64,000 bases of DNA from Macrostomum lignano (Eukaryota), in assembly GCA_002269645.1 (NCBI GenBank), contig NIVC01000037.1, positions 62,001 through 126,000 on the forward strand, in the 5' to 3' direction. Position 1 is the first letter of the stretch. Every line of letters starts with the position of its first letter. The notes beneath the pieces were generated by a model. It worked only from the letters and a program-made list of their open reading frames with translations, was not told the origin of the DNA and did not search any database. This document shows, piece after piece, positions 1 through 13,926 of the stretch. A program made the position numbers and the translations under genes.

Positions 1-260
1 CCGTCTCACTCCCACCCTTCTCACTCCCACCCTTGTCACTATCACCCTTGTCACTCCCACCCGTCTCACTCCCACCCTTCTCACTCCCACCCTTCTCACT
101 CCCACCCTTGTCACTCCCACCCGTCTCACTCCCACCCTTCTCACTCCCACCCTTCTCACTTCCACCCTTGTCACTCCCACCCTTCTCACTCCCACCCTTC
201 TCACTCCCACCCTTCTCACTATCACCCTTGTCACTTTCACCCTTCTCACTCGCACCTGTC
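1..260. repeat. 15-bp minisatellite (ccttctcactcccac)n, running off the window start
   Basis: Direct 15-bp periodicity. Confidence 0.95.
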
Positions 261-1320
261 TCACCATTTCGGAAAATTGCAACCTACACATATTCACAAT
301 GCACCTAGGATAGAGCATACAATAATGAGGTGATGCAGCATGGAACAAGTAACTTACGAGTAGAATTGTGCAGCAGAGAAGCACGCACAATCGCAGCTGT
401 AAAGAAACACGATGCACCGGGAATATAGAGAACAACTTGGGACAATAAAATTCTTGAAAGTATTTCTGCAGCACACCGCCGCCCACTATTTATGGTGCAG
501 TGTTGTCCATATCTGCAACTGTCACGGCCGTATCAAGATAGTTAATGGCGTCGAGCGCAATGCATACAAATAATAGATGAATTCGAGAAGCCTGAACTAT
601 AAAACCTTTATATTGCTGCGGTGGGGTGCCTCGGGCAGCGGGGGCCTGCCTTGCTTGCCGCCTTATTGCCGCCTGTGCTCACATGCATGCCAAGACGCCG
701 CGCGGGTGCTGGACCCTGCTCATAACCATTTTTTGTCTTTATGAGGCCCCTGTAATGAATCAGTGAAACTGTAAAACTCTTTCTTTTTTGAAAAATAGCA
801 AACTGAAAGTAAACAGTAAACTGCTTCGCTTCTCCTATCAACTTTGATTGCTTCTATTCAGAGGGCTAAAGGTATAGAGGGGAGGGATACCCGACCGTGA
901 GAGCTGAGCCGCCTCGATATTGCGTGTCTTCTTAATAGCGGCCGGCAGCGGCCCCGCGGCTCCGGCGCCAGCCCACCTGATGCGGGGGCATCCAACTGAG
1001 ACCATCGTTCACGAACACGCATTGCAACCATCCATAGTTTATGCTGAATATTGCAAATTCAATTTCAATTGTGACTCAATTTAGGAATCTATTTAAGGTA
1101 CTCAATCTAGCTTTCATTTTGCTTGTTCATCCCGTTTTCTCTCTCAGCAATCGGTTCCAGAACTGTGCTTTGAGTCTGAAATTTGGTTCGAAAAATTCTT
1201 TACGATTTAAGAAACAATATATAAGAATTTCCCTACTGATTCAAGTTCCTGATGTTACTACTGACACAAGTAGGTTAGTGGCGAATATTGCATTCGAAAC
1301 TTAACATGCTTCACCCACAG

Positions 1321-1676
1321 GCGTCCGGCCCTACAAATGTGAAGACTGCGGCAAGGCGTTCACCCAGCGCTGCTCGCTGGAGTCGCACAGCAAGAAGGTG
1401 CACCACCGGGTGTTCACCTACGCGCACAAGGAGCGTCGGGAGAAACTGCACGTGTGCGAAGACTGCGGCCATACTACTAAGAGTGCCGAGGAGCACTATC
1501 ACCACGTGAAGCTGCACCATCAGCAGCGACAGCCCGGGGACTCCGCCAAGGCTGCCAGCTGTTCTCCCTCGCCGCCGCAGCCTCCGCCGCATTCGCAGTT
1601 GAAGCTGCCGCCTCATCACCCGGCCCAGCTGCTGCCCGGCTATCCGCCAATGTTCCGCCAGCTGCCCGGCCTGTGA
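1321..1676 (+). CDS. ovo: Terminal exon of an Ovo/OVOL C2H2 zinc-finger transcription factor (last two fingers plus a Pro/Gln/His tail); upstream exons not identified
   Basis: Acceptor ttcacccacag|1321. Translation (G)VRPYKCEDCGKAFTQRCSLESHSKKVHHRVFTYAHKERREKLHVCEDCGHT matches the Ovo signature KAFTQRCSLESH...Y.YKERR.KLYVCE.CG. TGA at 1674-1676. Confidence 0.9.
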
Positions 1677-1927
1677 CTTTGTTTGTTAGTTTCTTTTTTA
1701 TCCTCCCCTTGTGTCTTTGTTGTGTCCTTGTGTCTTTGTCTTTGTTGGCAAGGTGCGACGGCTTTGTGCTGTGGGTAAGAGTAGGAGTTGTTTGTTATAT
1801 CCCTTCCCCATGAATCTCCAATCTGCACGTGTCATTTGGACAATGTCGCCATAAATGCAACTTCATTCGATTGCGTGCGTTCGCGAACTGGCTGCGGTTT
1901 GGTTGAGAAATTGGATGAGTCAAGCAC

Positions 1928-3015
1928 GATGCAGACATGATTCTGACATGATGCACGCATGATTCTGACATGATGCACACGATTCTGACATGATGCACAC
2001 ATGATTCTGACATGATGCACACATGATTCTGACATGATGCACGCATGATTCTGACATGATGCACGCATGATTCTGACATGATGCACGCATGATTCTGACA
2101 TGATGCACACATGATTCTGACATGATGCACACATGATTCTGACATGATGCACGCATGATTCTGACATGATGCACGCATAATTCTGACATGATGCAGACAT
2201 GATTCTGACATGATGCACACATGATTCTGACATGATGCACACATAATTCTGACATGATGCACACATGATTCTGACATGATGCACACATGATTCTGACATG
2301 ATGCAGACATGATTCTGACATGATGCACACATGATTCTGACATGATGCACACATGATTCTGACATGATGCACACATGATTCTGACATGATGCACGCATGA
2401 TTCTGACATGATGCACGCATAATTCTGACATGATGCAGACATGATTCTGACATGATGCACACATGATTCTGACATGATGCACACATAATTCTGACATGAT
2501 GCACACATGATTCTGACATGATGCACACATGATTCTGACATGATGAAGACATGATTCTGACATGATGCACACATGATTCTGACATGATGCACACATGATT
2601 CTGACATGATGCACACATGATTCTGACATGATGCACACATGATTCTGACATGATGCACACATGATTCTGACATGATGCACACATGATTCTGACATGATGC
2701 ACACGTGATTCTGACATGATGCACACATGATTCTGACATGATGCACGCATGATTCTGACATGATGCACGCATAATTCTGACATGATGCAGACATGATTCT
2801 GACATGATGCACGCATGATTCTGACATGATGCACACATGATTCTGACATGATGCACACATGATTCTGACATGATGCACACATGATTCTGACATGATGCAC
2901 ACATAATTCTGACATGATGCACACATGATTCTGACATGATGCACACATGATTCTGACATATGCAGACATGATACAGACATGATGCACACATGATTCTGAC
3001 ATATGCACACATGAT
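1928..3015. repeat. 22-bp minisatellite (atgattctgacatgatgcacac)n, about 49 copies
   Basis: Direct periodicity; it explains the three overlapping 22-aa-period ORFs. Confidence 0.97.
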
Positions 3016-3544
3016 GCGCTCATGATGTAGACGTAGACTCAGATGTAAGCCTCTATATCTGTCTTGCTCAGCTATTTGTTGTTTGGGCTGTTCCCAATAT
3101 TTCCTCTTTGTTTTTCCCGGCAATTTTTTATTTCAATCAGATTTGTTTTCAGCTCTTTAGCGGCAACTGACATTATTTGCTAGATTTGTTATTCACGTCA
3201 GACTGACCGCTTCTGAAATTTGCTGCTTTGCTCGTTTCTGCGCTTTGATATTGGATCATTTTTTTCAACAATTTGTGACGACTTTGGACCTTATTATTAT
3301 TATAATATTCCATTTACAATTTAACTAACTCGCCTGCCCACTTTGTACTTCTTGGCGTTGACCTCGCACTGACACCAGCTCAGCTCCCGCACCTGTTATT
3401 CTTGCAGTGCAATCTAATCATATTTAAAAAATCAACCCATTCTTTGCATGCGAAATTCTCCAAGTAAAAATATCGATTACCACTTCATGGTTGAGTGTCT
3501 TGTATGCACTTGCCTTTGCTCTGCCTTCCTACTCCCAGCTAAAC

Positions 3545-3965
3545 CCTCTATCTACTCCCCAGTCATCCCTCTATCTACTCCCCAGTCATCCCTCTATCTA
3601 CTCTCCACTCACACCTCTATCTACTCCCCAGTCACACCTCTATCTACTCCCCAATCACCCCTCTATCTACTCCCCACTCACCCCTCTATCTACTCCTCAC
3701 TCACCCCTCTATCTACTCCTCACTCACCCCTCTTTCTACTCCCCAGTCACCCCTCTATCTACTCTCCACTCACCCCTCTATCTACTCCTCACTCACCCCT
3801 CTATCTACTCCCCAATCACCCCTCTATCTACTCCCCAATCACCCCTCTATCTACTCCTCACTCACCCCTCTATCTACTCCTCACTCACCCCTCTATCTAC
3901 TCCTCACTCACCCCTCTATCTACTCCTCACTCACCCCTCTATCTACTCCTCACTCACCCCTCTAT
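3545..3965. repeat. 23-bp minisatellite (cccctctatctactcctcactca)n
   Basis: Direct periodicity. Confidence 0.95.
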
Positions 3966-4407
3966 CGACCCCCTTCAGACCCCGCACTTGCGCATGTCAG
4001 CCGCACCCCAGCCTTGTACCAATGCTAAGTTGTAAATCTGTCACTCAGTCGCGGCACTTGCTGTGTACCAATCTAGTGCGCTAACCCTGTCATTAACTAA
4101 AGTGCATGCCACTCTGCACAAGCAATGCTAATTACTATAAATTTATCTAATCTATGAAATTAATTATACGAGTTACTATTTATTTGAGCCTGCTAAATAT
4201 TATTATTATATACTATATACGCTCTCTTCGGACAATTTTATTCTGAGCACTTGAAATTCTGATTTATTGATTGTGTCTTTTAATTCCTTAATTGCTGCTG
4301 CTTATAATTTCAAGTCAGTAGCATCGTTAGCACCTGGGCACATCAGCTCAGCGCCGCGACCCACGACCCGCGATTCACAGCCATGATGGCCAACCAAGCA
4401 CCAAGGC

Positions 4408-6534
4408 TTACTTGACTTACTTGACTTAGCTGCAGGGCGGTCCGAAGACGCAGCGGGGAGGCGAGCGTCGCCCATTCCGCTAATCCCTGAAAGGCCCGCA
4501 TAGGCTAGGGACCGGGGCCGGTCAGGGAGGTCTGCCGGTCCTGTCTGCAGCGTTGTCTTCGGTGGGGAAGACAGAGGCTCGTTTGGTGGCCCGGAGGAAC
4601 CGGATGAGCCGCGGGATGCTCTCGGGCCGGCAAGCGTCGTCCAGGGACGGGTTGGGCCCGAGGTGGTTGAGCCGGTCTCGGCTTGGCGTCTTCGTTCTCG
4701 AGGTTGCAGAAAGGGCAGAGTTCGCAGACAGCCGCACTCCCACTCTCCTCCAGAACTTTAAGGCACAGGTCAGAGTGCGGCAGGAGCTTGCGCTTCGCCA
4801 TCGCTCTTTGTGGCTTGAAGTTAACACCAGCCTCGACGAGCCGGCGGGTGGTTTTAGCAGCCTCGCGACGGACGAAGATGTCCAGAGGCGGGAGGCAGAG
4901 GAAGGCGTTGAGGCCGTCAAAGGGAGCAGAGAGCGGGGCACTCAGGATCATGTGGCACGCGCGTCCCTGCACCTTTTAAGGGCTTCGTGGCAGGTTTTAA
5001 TCTGCAAGGCGCTGGTCCAGACCAGGCCGGCGTAAGTAACGGCCGGCCGGACCATTGCGGTATAGATCCACCAGAGCCGCTTCGGGGTGAGGCCCCAGGT
5101 GGTGCCGAAGGCTCTGCGCAACTGCGCAAGAATCGCGAGGGCTTTTTTGGTTTTGGCCTGGACGTGGGTGGACCAGCTCAGCCGGTGGTCCAGTTTAACG
5201 CCGAGACACTTGGTTCGCTTGCAGGATGGGATTTCCACCCGTAAAGCTTTAGTGGGCGAATACGCCAGTTGACCCTGCTGGTGAACATGATCGCGACAGT
5301 TTTGGTCTCGGAGAGCCTGAGGCCGCACCTGGTCCGCCCATTGTTCAGCAGAGCGAATAAAGTTTTGCAGAAGGTCCCTAAGGGTTTCGGGTGACGGTCC
5401 GGATGCTACGGCTGTGACGTCATCGGTGTAACCGACCTTAAGGATGGGGTCAAGATGGCTGTCCTGGAGGAACTCATCGATGACCATGTTCCAGAGAACT
5501 GGAGAGAGAACACTGCCTTGGGGGCTGCCTTTGCAGACGGTTACCGTCCGTTGGTGGCCCGGCAGGTGTGCGGTGGCAGTACGGTGGCTGATCATTTACA
5601 TGATCCACCGGGTGAGGTGCGAGTGGGTTCCTCTAGCACGTAGAGCTCTGTCAAAAGCCTCAAAGAGGACATTATCGAAGGCTCCAACTGTCCTGGCCTG
5701 GGCTGCGGACCCTCCGCAGCAGGCCCAGTATGCGTTCTCCCACTGACTAAGCAGCACCGATTGCTCCCCTCACTGACTCACCCGAGTCACCCCCACTGCA
5801 CGCTCCTCATTGCTTCATGCTACATATCTCCTGTACGTTTGTGTTCGTGCCACAGCACGCCTATACGGTTCGGGCCCCAGAGCCCAGAAATATAACGGTA
5901 AACACGACCCCCTCAGTCTCTCCACTTTTGTACTGACTGCCTGCCTGCTCACGGGATCCGCTCCCAGGCAGAGCTTTGAACTAAACTCCAAGACTCACTT
6001 TCAAGTCATTACACCAACAATGTCGAGGAAGACAGCGAGAGCGTAGCCATTACCAAGAACGGCTTTCTCCAGCATGTCGACCAAGACGTGAAGCGCGCTA
6101 TCCGTGGACCTGCCTGCCCTAAAGGCGTGCTGGTTCTCACTGAGCGGCTTGTTCTTCAGTTCTACAGAGAGGAGGCGCCAAAGCACCAGTCTCTCCAACA
6201 GCTTCACCAATGAGGAGGTGAGGCTAATTGGTCTGAAGGATTTAATGGACCGGTAGTCCGGTCGGCCGGGCTTGGGGATAAAAATCACCCTGGCCTCGGT
6301 CCAGGTTTTCGGAACAAAGCCGAGTACAACGCAAGCTTCCAGGAGCCGGCAAAGGTTCCGCAGGAAACCGGTGCATTTCACCGCCTCACACAGGAAGATT
6401 GGCACAACGCTGTCCGGTCCTGGGGATTTGAAGGGTTTGAAGGAGGAGACTGCTTTAGTGACTCGGTCCTAGCATCGCCTCCAGCGTTTCTCCTGGATTC
6501 TCAGTGAGCGAGCTGTCGGCTCTCTTTACTGAGG
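4408..6534 (-). mobile_element. 5'-truncated, frameshifted non-LTR retrotransposon (R1/LOA-like RT), interrupted by a solo LTR
   Basis: RT motifs IFIPKPG..FRPISL, FLDIV/GAFDNV, PQGSVLSP.LW, GYTDD, WGLTPKRLWWIYTAMVRP. 3' tail (taagtcaag)n at 4408-4428. 12-bp TSD aagcaccaaggc at 4396-4407 and 6535-6546. Confidence 0.9.
5689..6013. mobile_element. Solo LTR (325 bp) inserted in the LINE RT
   Basis: TG...CA termini and 5-bp TSD ccaac (5684-5688 and 6014-6018). Removing it restores RT motif FLDIVGAFDNV. Confidence 0.8.
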
Positions 6535-6640
6535 AAGCACCAAGGCACAGACAGTGTACATGCCTGACGATTAGAAAGCCCGGGCCGCTGTACATGAGCC
6601 CGAGCGTGTGTATGAGAGCCTGTCTCTGCGTACAGTACTG
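6535..6640 (+). mobile_element. 3' half of a SINE-family copy split by the LINE; 5' half at about 4367-4407
   Basis: Rejoining at the TSD gives gcgattcacagccatgatggccaacc-aagcaccaaggc-acagacagtgtacatgcctgacgattagaaa, matching the other copies in the window. Confidence 0.7.
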
Positions 6641-6884
6641 GCGCAAATATTTAGTTTATAGATCACTAGTAGCTACCAACAGTAGTAAGTTGCAACTCGA
6701 AGGCATCAGCAACAAATTAAAGAGAAGCAATATGGTGAGCGATCTCTCAGGCTATTTTAGCTGTGGTTTTATATTTATTAGCCATCAGTGGGTCATTGCG
6801 CTAACAGTCAGCGCTGGCAGGGGCTGCGTCCAAACAGGTGCTCAGTCAATTCGCGGAGCTCGGCCGGCCGCTCGGCCCGCTGCT

Positions 6885-7070
6885 TCACCAGATGCCCGGC
6901 GGCTTCCTCGGCGGCTGCTTCTTGCCCCGGCGGAACAGCGGGACGCCGTCGCTCACCGTCGCCGCCTCCTCGCCGCCGCCAACCTGGTCGTCGTCGACGA
7001 TGGGCTGGAGGCGTCGGGGCCATCGGCAGGGCGCAGCCTCGGTGACGCAGAGGAGTCGCTCGAGAAGCTC

Positions 7071-7103
<33 letters not shown>

Positions 7104-7208
7104 GGAGTGCGGCGCGGCCTCGGCTCCTGGAAGAAGCTGGGCAAGGCTGGCGGCAGCCAGAAGCATCGAGCCGGCCAATAGAAGAATCTGCAGACGGGCT
7201 GCTGGCAT
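6885..7208 (-). CDS. Candidate secreted peptide/neuropeptide precursor, 107 aa
   Basis: gccATG context, hydrophobic signal peptide MPAARLQILLLAGSMLLAAASLA, polyQ, a Cys pair, basic sites RR, RRGKK and RK, GC-rich coding-like composition. Confidence 0.55.
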
Positions 7209-7599
7209 GGCGGGCTGGGGTGGCTTGCTGCACTGATTGCGCTAGTTTAACAGTTAATTACGATGCTGTTTGCAGTTTCTCCTGATCGAATTGAACAAGC
7301 CTTTGGAAATATTGTGGCCAGCGGAGAAGCGGAGAAGCGGAGAGAATCGCAGCGGGAGGGCCGGTCGCGTCTTTTGTACCGATGCGCTTTCTCTCTGTTG
7401 TTTTTTTTCAGCTCCTGGCTGCAGATTGGATAGGCTGAGGCCCTTGAGCAGTCTCTGGCCACTCCCTGGCTGAGCTCCGTGCTCACTGCTTTCCCCTACC
7501 CATCACTTTTGGCTTCTATTTGCTTCGAATTTTTACCCTACTCTTCGACTTCTGTCTCTTCCTCTGTTTTTGTCTACCCACCCTACTTCTCTGTCTCTC

Positions 7600-8050
7600 A
7601 GCTCTTTCACCTCTACTTCTCAATCTCCTCACTCTACTTCTCCATCTCTCCCTCACACTACTTCTTCATCTCTCCCTCATCCCTCACTCTACTTCTCCAT
7701 CTCTCCCTCATCCCTCACTCTACTTCTCCATCTCTCCCTCACTCTACTTCTCAATCCCTCCCTCACTCTACTTTTCCATCTCTCCCTCACTCTACTTCTT
7801 CATCTCTCCCTCACTCTACGTACTTCTCCATCTCTCCCTCACTCTACTTCTCTCTACTTCTCCATCTCCTCACTCTACTTCTCCATCTCCCACTCTACTT
7901 CTCCGTCTCTCTCTCTACTTCTCTGACTCCCTCAATCTATTTTCCGTCTACTTCACTCTACTACTGAAATCTCGCTCTCTAATTCTCTACCCCCTCTCTA
8001 CTCCTCCGTCTCCCCATCCTACTTCTCCATCTCCTTCACTCTACTTCTCA
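7600..8050. repeat. Degenerate ~24-bp pyrimidine-rich repeat (ctccctcactctacttctccatct)
   Basis: Imperfect direct periodicity. Confidence 0.85.
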
Positions 8051-8616
8051 ATCGCCCATTCGCCTACTTCTCCGTTTCTAACTCGACTTAACCCACTTTT
8101 TGCTCTTCGTGGTGAAAGAATAATTTCTGCATTATCCCTGGTTTCCACTATCCACCCAGTCCTCTATCTCCCTCTTCATTGAACAACCCCTATTCACGTC
8201 TTTCAGCCTCAAGTGCACGGCGAGACCAAGTGTGTTAATCCCCGACCTTCAATTTCGGATCCCGGACGGATAAGCCAACTCGCGGGCCCCTTTCTGCTCG
8301 CGTCTTTCATCATACAGAGACATGGTGGGTCTCCCATTCACTGCCGCCGCCGCCTGCGGCTGGCCCCGGGACAGCAGGGGTGACCAAGCAAGTCCTGATT
8401 GCTCGGGGATCTCTAATTTTATTCAAAACGACCCCCTAGTTGTCCCACGAATTCACTGGCAAAGGAACTCTTTCATTTAACTGCTTTCTGTGGCCATGCA
8501 GACTGTCTGCTAGCGCCAATTACCTGCCAGCCCAAGGGCAACTGATGGAGATAATGGGGATAACCCTGGCTAATGCAGGCCTGCTGGACATGTGGAGCTG
8601 CTTCTCTGGCTGGGCC

Positions 8617-8895
<279 letters not shown>

Positions 8896-9280
8896 GCATT
8901 TAAATCTTTCTGGAAAGTGTTGCCATCGCTTCGTTACTCTGCCTTTACCTGTCTAACATTGCAAGCAATAAATCCTGAACTAAATTGATGCATTTTCAGT
9001 TCGTTTAGTACCTGCTTTCCACGATCATTCCACTGTGTGATAAACTGCCGCCAATCAAGCCAGTTCGTTCACAGTCACTCCAGCCGAGCACTCGCAGCTT
9101 CCTGCTGCTCACACCTTTGCCTGTCCATCACGGGCTTTGTTAAACTGCTACTCAGGAACTGCGGCCAAACAAACTGCGACAGGCTCTCAAGGCTCCACAC
9201 AGCTTCCTTCATCATAAGCACTAGGTCGTGCTTGAAAATATCATCTTTCCTGTTAACCACTAGGCCAGACTGTGTAAGTC

Positions 9281-10165
9281 GCTGTGAGTGTTGGTGAGCC
9301 TCTGTGAGTGTTGGTGAGTCTCTGTGAGTGTCAGTGAGTCTGTGAGTATCTGTGAGTCTCTGTGAATGTCGGTGAGTCTCTGTGAGTGTCGGTGAGTCTC
9401 TGTGAGTGTTGGTGAGTCTCTGTGAGTATCTGTGAGTCTCTGTGAGTGTCGGTGAGTCTCTGTAGTCTCTGTGAGTGTCGGTGCGTCTCTGTGAGTGTCG
9501 GTGAGTCTCTGAGTTTTGGTGAGTCTCTGTGAGTGTTGGTAAGTCTCTGTGAGTGTTGGTGAGTCTCTGTGAGATTTGGTGAGTCTCTGTGAGTGTTGGT
9601 GAGTCTATGTGAGTGTTGGTGAGTCTCTGTGAGTGTCGGTGAGTCTCTGTGAGTGTCGGTGAGTCTCTGTGAATGTCGGTGAGTCTCTGTGAGTGTCGGT
9701 GATTCTCTGTGAGTGTCGGTGAGTCTCTGTGAATGTCGGTGAGTCTCTGTGAGTGTTGGTGAGTCTCTGTGACTGTCAGTGAGTCTCTGTGAGTATCTGT
9801 GAGTCTCTGTGAGTATCTGTGAGTCTCTGTGAGTGTCGGTGAGTCTCTGTGAGTGTTGGTGAGCCTCTGTGAGTGTTGGTGAGTCTCTGTGAGTGTCAGT
9901 AAGTCTCTGTGAGTGTCCGTGAGTATCTTTGAGTCTCTGTGAGTCTCTGTGAGTCCCTGTGAGTGTTGGTGAGTCTTTGTGAGTGTTGGTGAGTCTCTGT
10001 GAGTGTTGTTAAGTCTCTGGGAGTGTCGGTGGGTCTCCGTGAGTGTCCGTGAGTCTCTGTGAGTTTCGGTGAGTATCGGTGAGTCTTGGTGAGTCCCTGT
10101 GAGTGTTGGTGAGTCTTTGTGAGTGTTGGTGACTTGCTATGAGTGTCTGTGAATGTCGGTGAGAG
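9281..10165. repeat. 20-bp minisatellite of two ~10-bp subunits (gtgagtctct/gtgagtgtcg)
   Basis: Direct periodicity. Confidence 0.95.
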
Positions 10166-10538
10166 GCGAGTCTTGCTGAGACTGCCGAAGAACCAGCTAA
10201 TAAAAAGATTTGAAATGAAAATTTAATTTAAAAACCTTCGCCGTAGTCACCCCAGAAAGAAGCACCACCGCCAGTCAGCGATCCCTGGCGACAAATTGGA
10301 TCTCGGCAAGAATTTTGTGAAATCAAAATTGATCCCACGGGACAGGCACCAAATGGTCGTGCAAGGACTCAAAAAGTCGTTAGAAGGCTCTAATTATGGC
10401 TGAGAACTGGTTCTCGGCTGATCGGAATTGGCTTAAAACGCCTTTCAGCAGCTCCTGGTTAACCGGCTAGCGATAATTGGCGGACTCCAAGGACGAACTC
10501 GAGTCGTAGAACTGGTGTTCACGGAATTAGCCCGGTTT

Positions 10539-10796
<258 letters not shown>

Positions 10797-11458
10797 GTAA
10801 TCAAGTCGCCAGCCAAGCGCAGTCTATGGCAGCTGCGGCCAGCAGGCTAGTTTGCATATCACATTAAGCCACGGCGTGTTTTGTCAGACTAAGCCGCCCT
10901 GGCCAGGGCTTTATGCATTTCGCTACGACCACACTGCAGATGCAGCCGAGCGCACCGCACAAGCCCTGTTGCTGGGCGAAGCGCCTTCAGCGTCTCCTTC
11001 AACAGCTCGGACGGTTGACAGACGGAGAACTAGAGAAGACTGGACAGCTTTATCTTCTGGAGGCTGATGAAGTATAATATTGCATATTGGAATTCCTTTT
11101 CCAAGTGCGCGAACTTTTATCCGGAACTGTTCCCGTTCTAGACTCACCCCTATTTTTATCCCTTTTCCCTTTCTTCAACTTGGCCTTCTCGCTTACTTCA
11201 CTCTGCTGTAATGTATAGGGGTCCCACGGGTGGGCTGGGGGGGGGCATCGGCCAGCGGATGCAATCAGGCAAATCGACCTCCCGGAATTTGCCCAACTCG
11301 GGGTGGATATGAAGGCGAAAGTGAGCACTGGGGCTGGGATGCTGCGGCTAAACTGGTGATGAGGACGGATAAATAATAAATCGGTGGGCTGCACTCAAAC
11401 AGATCAGAATCCGACAACCTAGCGGACGGGAATGAGCACACCTGTTCGAATGGGACTG

Positions 11459-11926
<468 letters not shown>

Positions 11927-12239
11927 GTACTCCGTCGCACAAACGCTGGCCGCCTACGCGCCCCGCACCCGATCAGTCATCTGCAGCATCCGCCGCCACT
12001 TCAATTATCCAGAGCCAAAGATTGAGAAAGTTCGGTCAGTTTAGTCGCCAATATGCGTGACGCGGTCCGCTATTTTCTCCCAAGAAAAGTTGCTGGGAAA
12101 TTAGTTGAGAGCTTGGCCATCTGCCATCTGCTTTATCGTCGAGCTTTCGCACTAAGCTTGTTTTAAACTAAACTGGCTACTGAAAGTAGAAAAGCCAGAG
12201 TAGGAAGCCCGTCTGTGCAGAAGTAAATTCAGTAAATGT

Positions 12240-13172
12240 GATCCAGATCCTTCACAATATACCCAGATACGTCACAACCTACCCAGATCCTTCACAATCT
12301 ACCCAGATCCTTTACAATCTACCCAGATCCTTCACAATCTACCCAGATCCTTTACAATCTACCCAGATCCTTCACAATCTACCCAGATCCTTTACAATCT
12401 ACCCAGATACGTCACAACCTACCCAGATCCTTCACAATATACCCAGATCCTTCACGATCTACCAAGATCCTTTACAACCTACCCAGATCCTTCACAATAT
12501 ACCCAGATCCTTCACGATCTACCAAGATCCTTTACAACCTACCCAGATCCTTCACAATCTACCCAGATCCTTTACAATCTACCCAGATCCTTCACAATCT
12601 ACCCAGATCCTTTACAATCTACCCAGATCCTTTACAATCTACCCAGATCCTTTACAATCTACCCAGATCCTTTACAATATACCCAGATCCTTCACAATAC
12701 ACCCAGATCCTTCACAATCTACCCAGATCCTTTACAATCTACCCAGATCCTTCACAATCTACCCAGATCCTTCAAAATCTACCCAGATCCTTTACAATCC
12801 ACCCAGATCCTTCACAATCTACCCAGATCCTTTACAATCTACCCAGATCCTTTACAATATACCCAGATCCTTCACAATACACCCAGATCCTTCACAATCT
12901 ACCCAGATCCTTTACAATCTACCCAGATCCTTCACAATATACCCAGATACTTCACAATCTACCCAGATCCTTCACAATCTACCCAGATCCTTTACAATCT
13001 ACCCAGATCCTTTACAATCTACCCAGATCCTTCACAATATACCCAGATACTTCACAATCTACCCAGATCCTTCACAATCTACCCAGATCCTTCAAAATCT
13101 ACCCAGATCCTTTACAATCCACCCAGATCCTTCACAATCTACCCAGATCCTTCACGATCTACCAAGATCCTT
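12240..13172. repeat. 20-bp minisatellite (acccagatccttcacaatct)n
   Basis: Direct periodicity. Confidence 0.97.
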
Positions 13173-13926
13173 CCCAATTCCTCAGTTTAAGACAGACTCA
13201 GCCTAGACTCACCTACTCACACCTACTCTCATCAGATCTCAGCCGGTCCCGCGCTATGAACTCAAACCAATGCTTCCCAACTAAGAACAGAACGGAACTA
13301 TTTCTCGGAAAGTTTTACGGGCGCATTGCTCACCGCAGACTAGCAGGCCTTGAAGATAATAACTCACAGTCCTCACTTGCGGTAATGAAATGGCAGAGGG
13401 AAATTGAGTCAGAGAGCCCAAAGCAGGCGGTCGTCGCTGGGAAAAGTGCATTCAGTTTTGCCATCTATGGTTTCAGCCAGTAAAGGGGAGGATGGAGAAA
13501 TGGCAGCTTGAGCTCGAATCTAATTTATGACTTCGGGGCGGGGCGAGTCGGAGCCGGGGGGAGGGGGGTTGCGGGCAATAAAATATGGCGATGCGCGAGG
13601 CAGCGGAGGAGTGAAGCAAGGGAAGGAAGTAGATGATGAGGCAGCAGTGCAGGAGAATCTCTGCTGGGAGAGATGGCCGAATGAAGTCTCAAGTGTCGAA
13701 TGATTTATCGAGTTCCGATGAAGGCAGCTGAGGCTCGCACTTGTCAAGGAATTGAAGATTCTACGAGAGAGCCCCTTGTGCTGCTGTGTTGCGTGCGACG
13801 CCCAAGTGAGTTCTCTCGGCTGCTGCTTTCCGCTGTTAATTTAGCGGAATAGAAACAAACACTGTCTTCTGCTGCTTTCGGCTTTGAAACTTTTTCTGCT
13901 TTCAATTTTAGCTGCTTCAGAAAGAC

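Noticed and set aside
1795-3123. Three 370-440 aa Cys/His-rich ORFs that look like metal-binding proteins
   Set aside because: All three frames are cyclic translations of a 22-bp repeat that lacks stops on that strand.
9075-9270. Possible minus-strand exon between two satellites
   Set aside because: No recognisable homology and no exon partner I could link with confidence.
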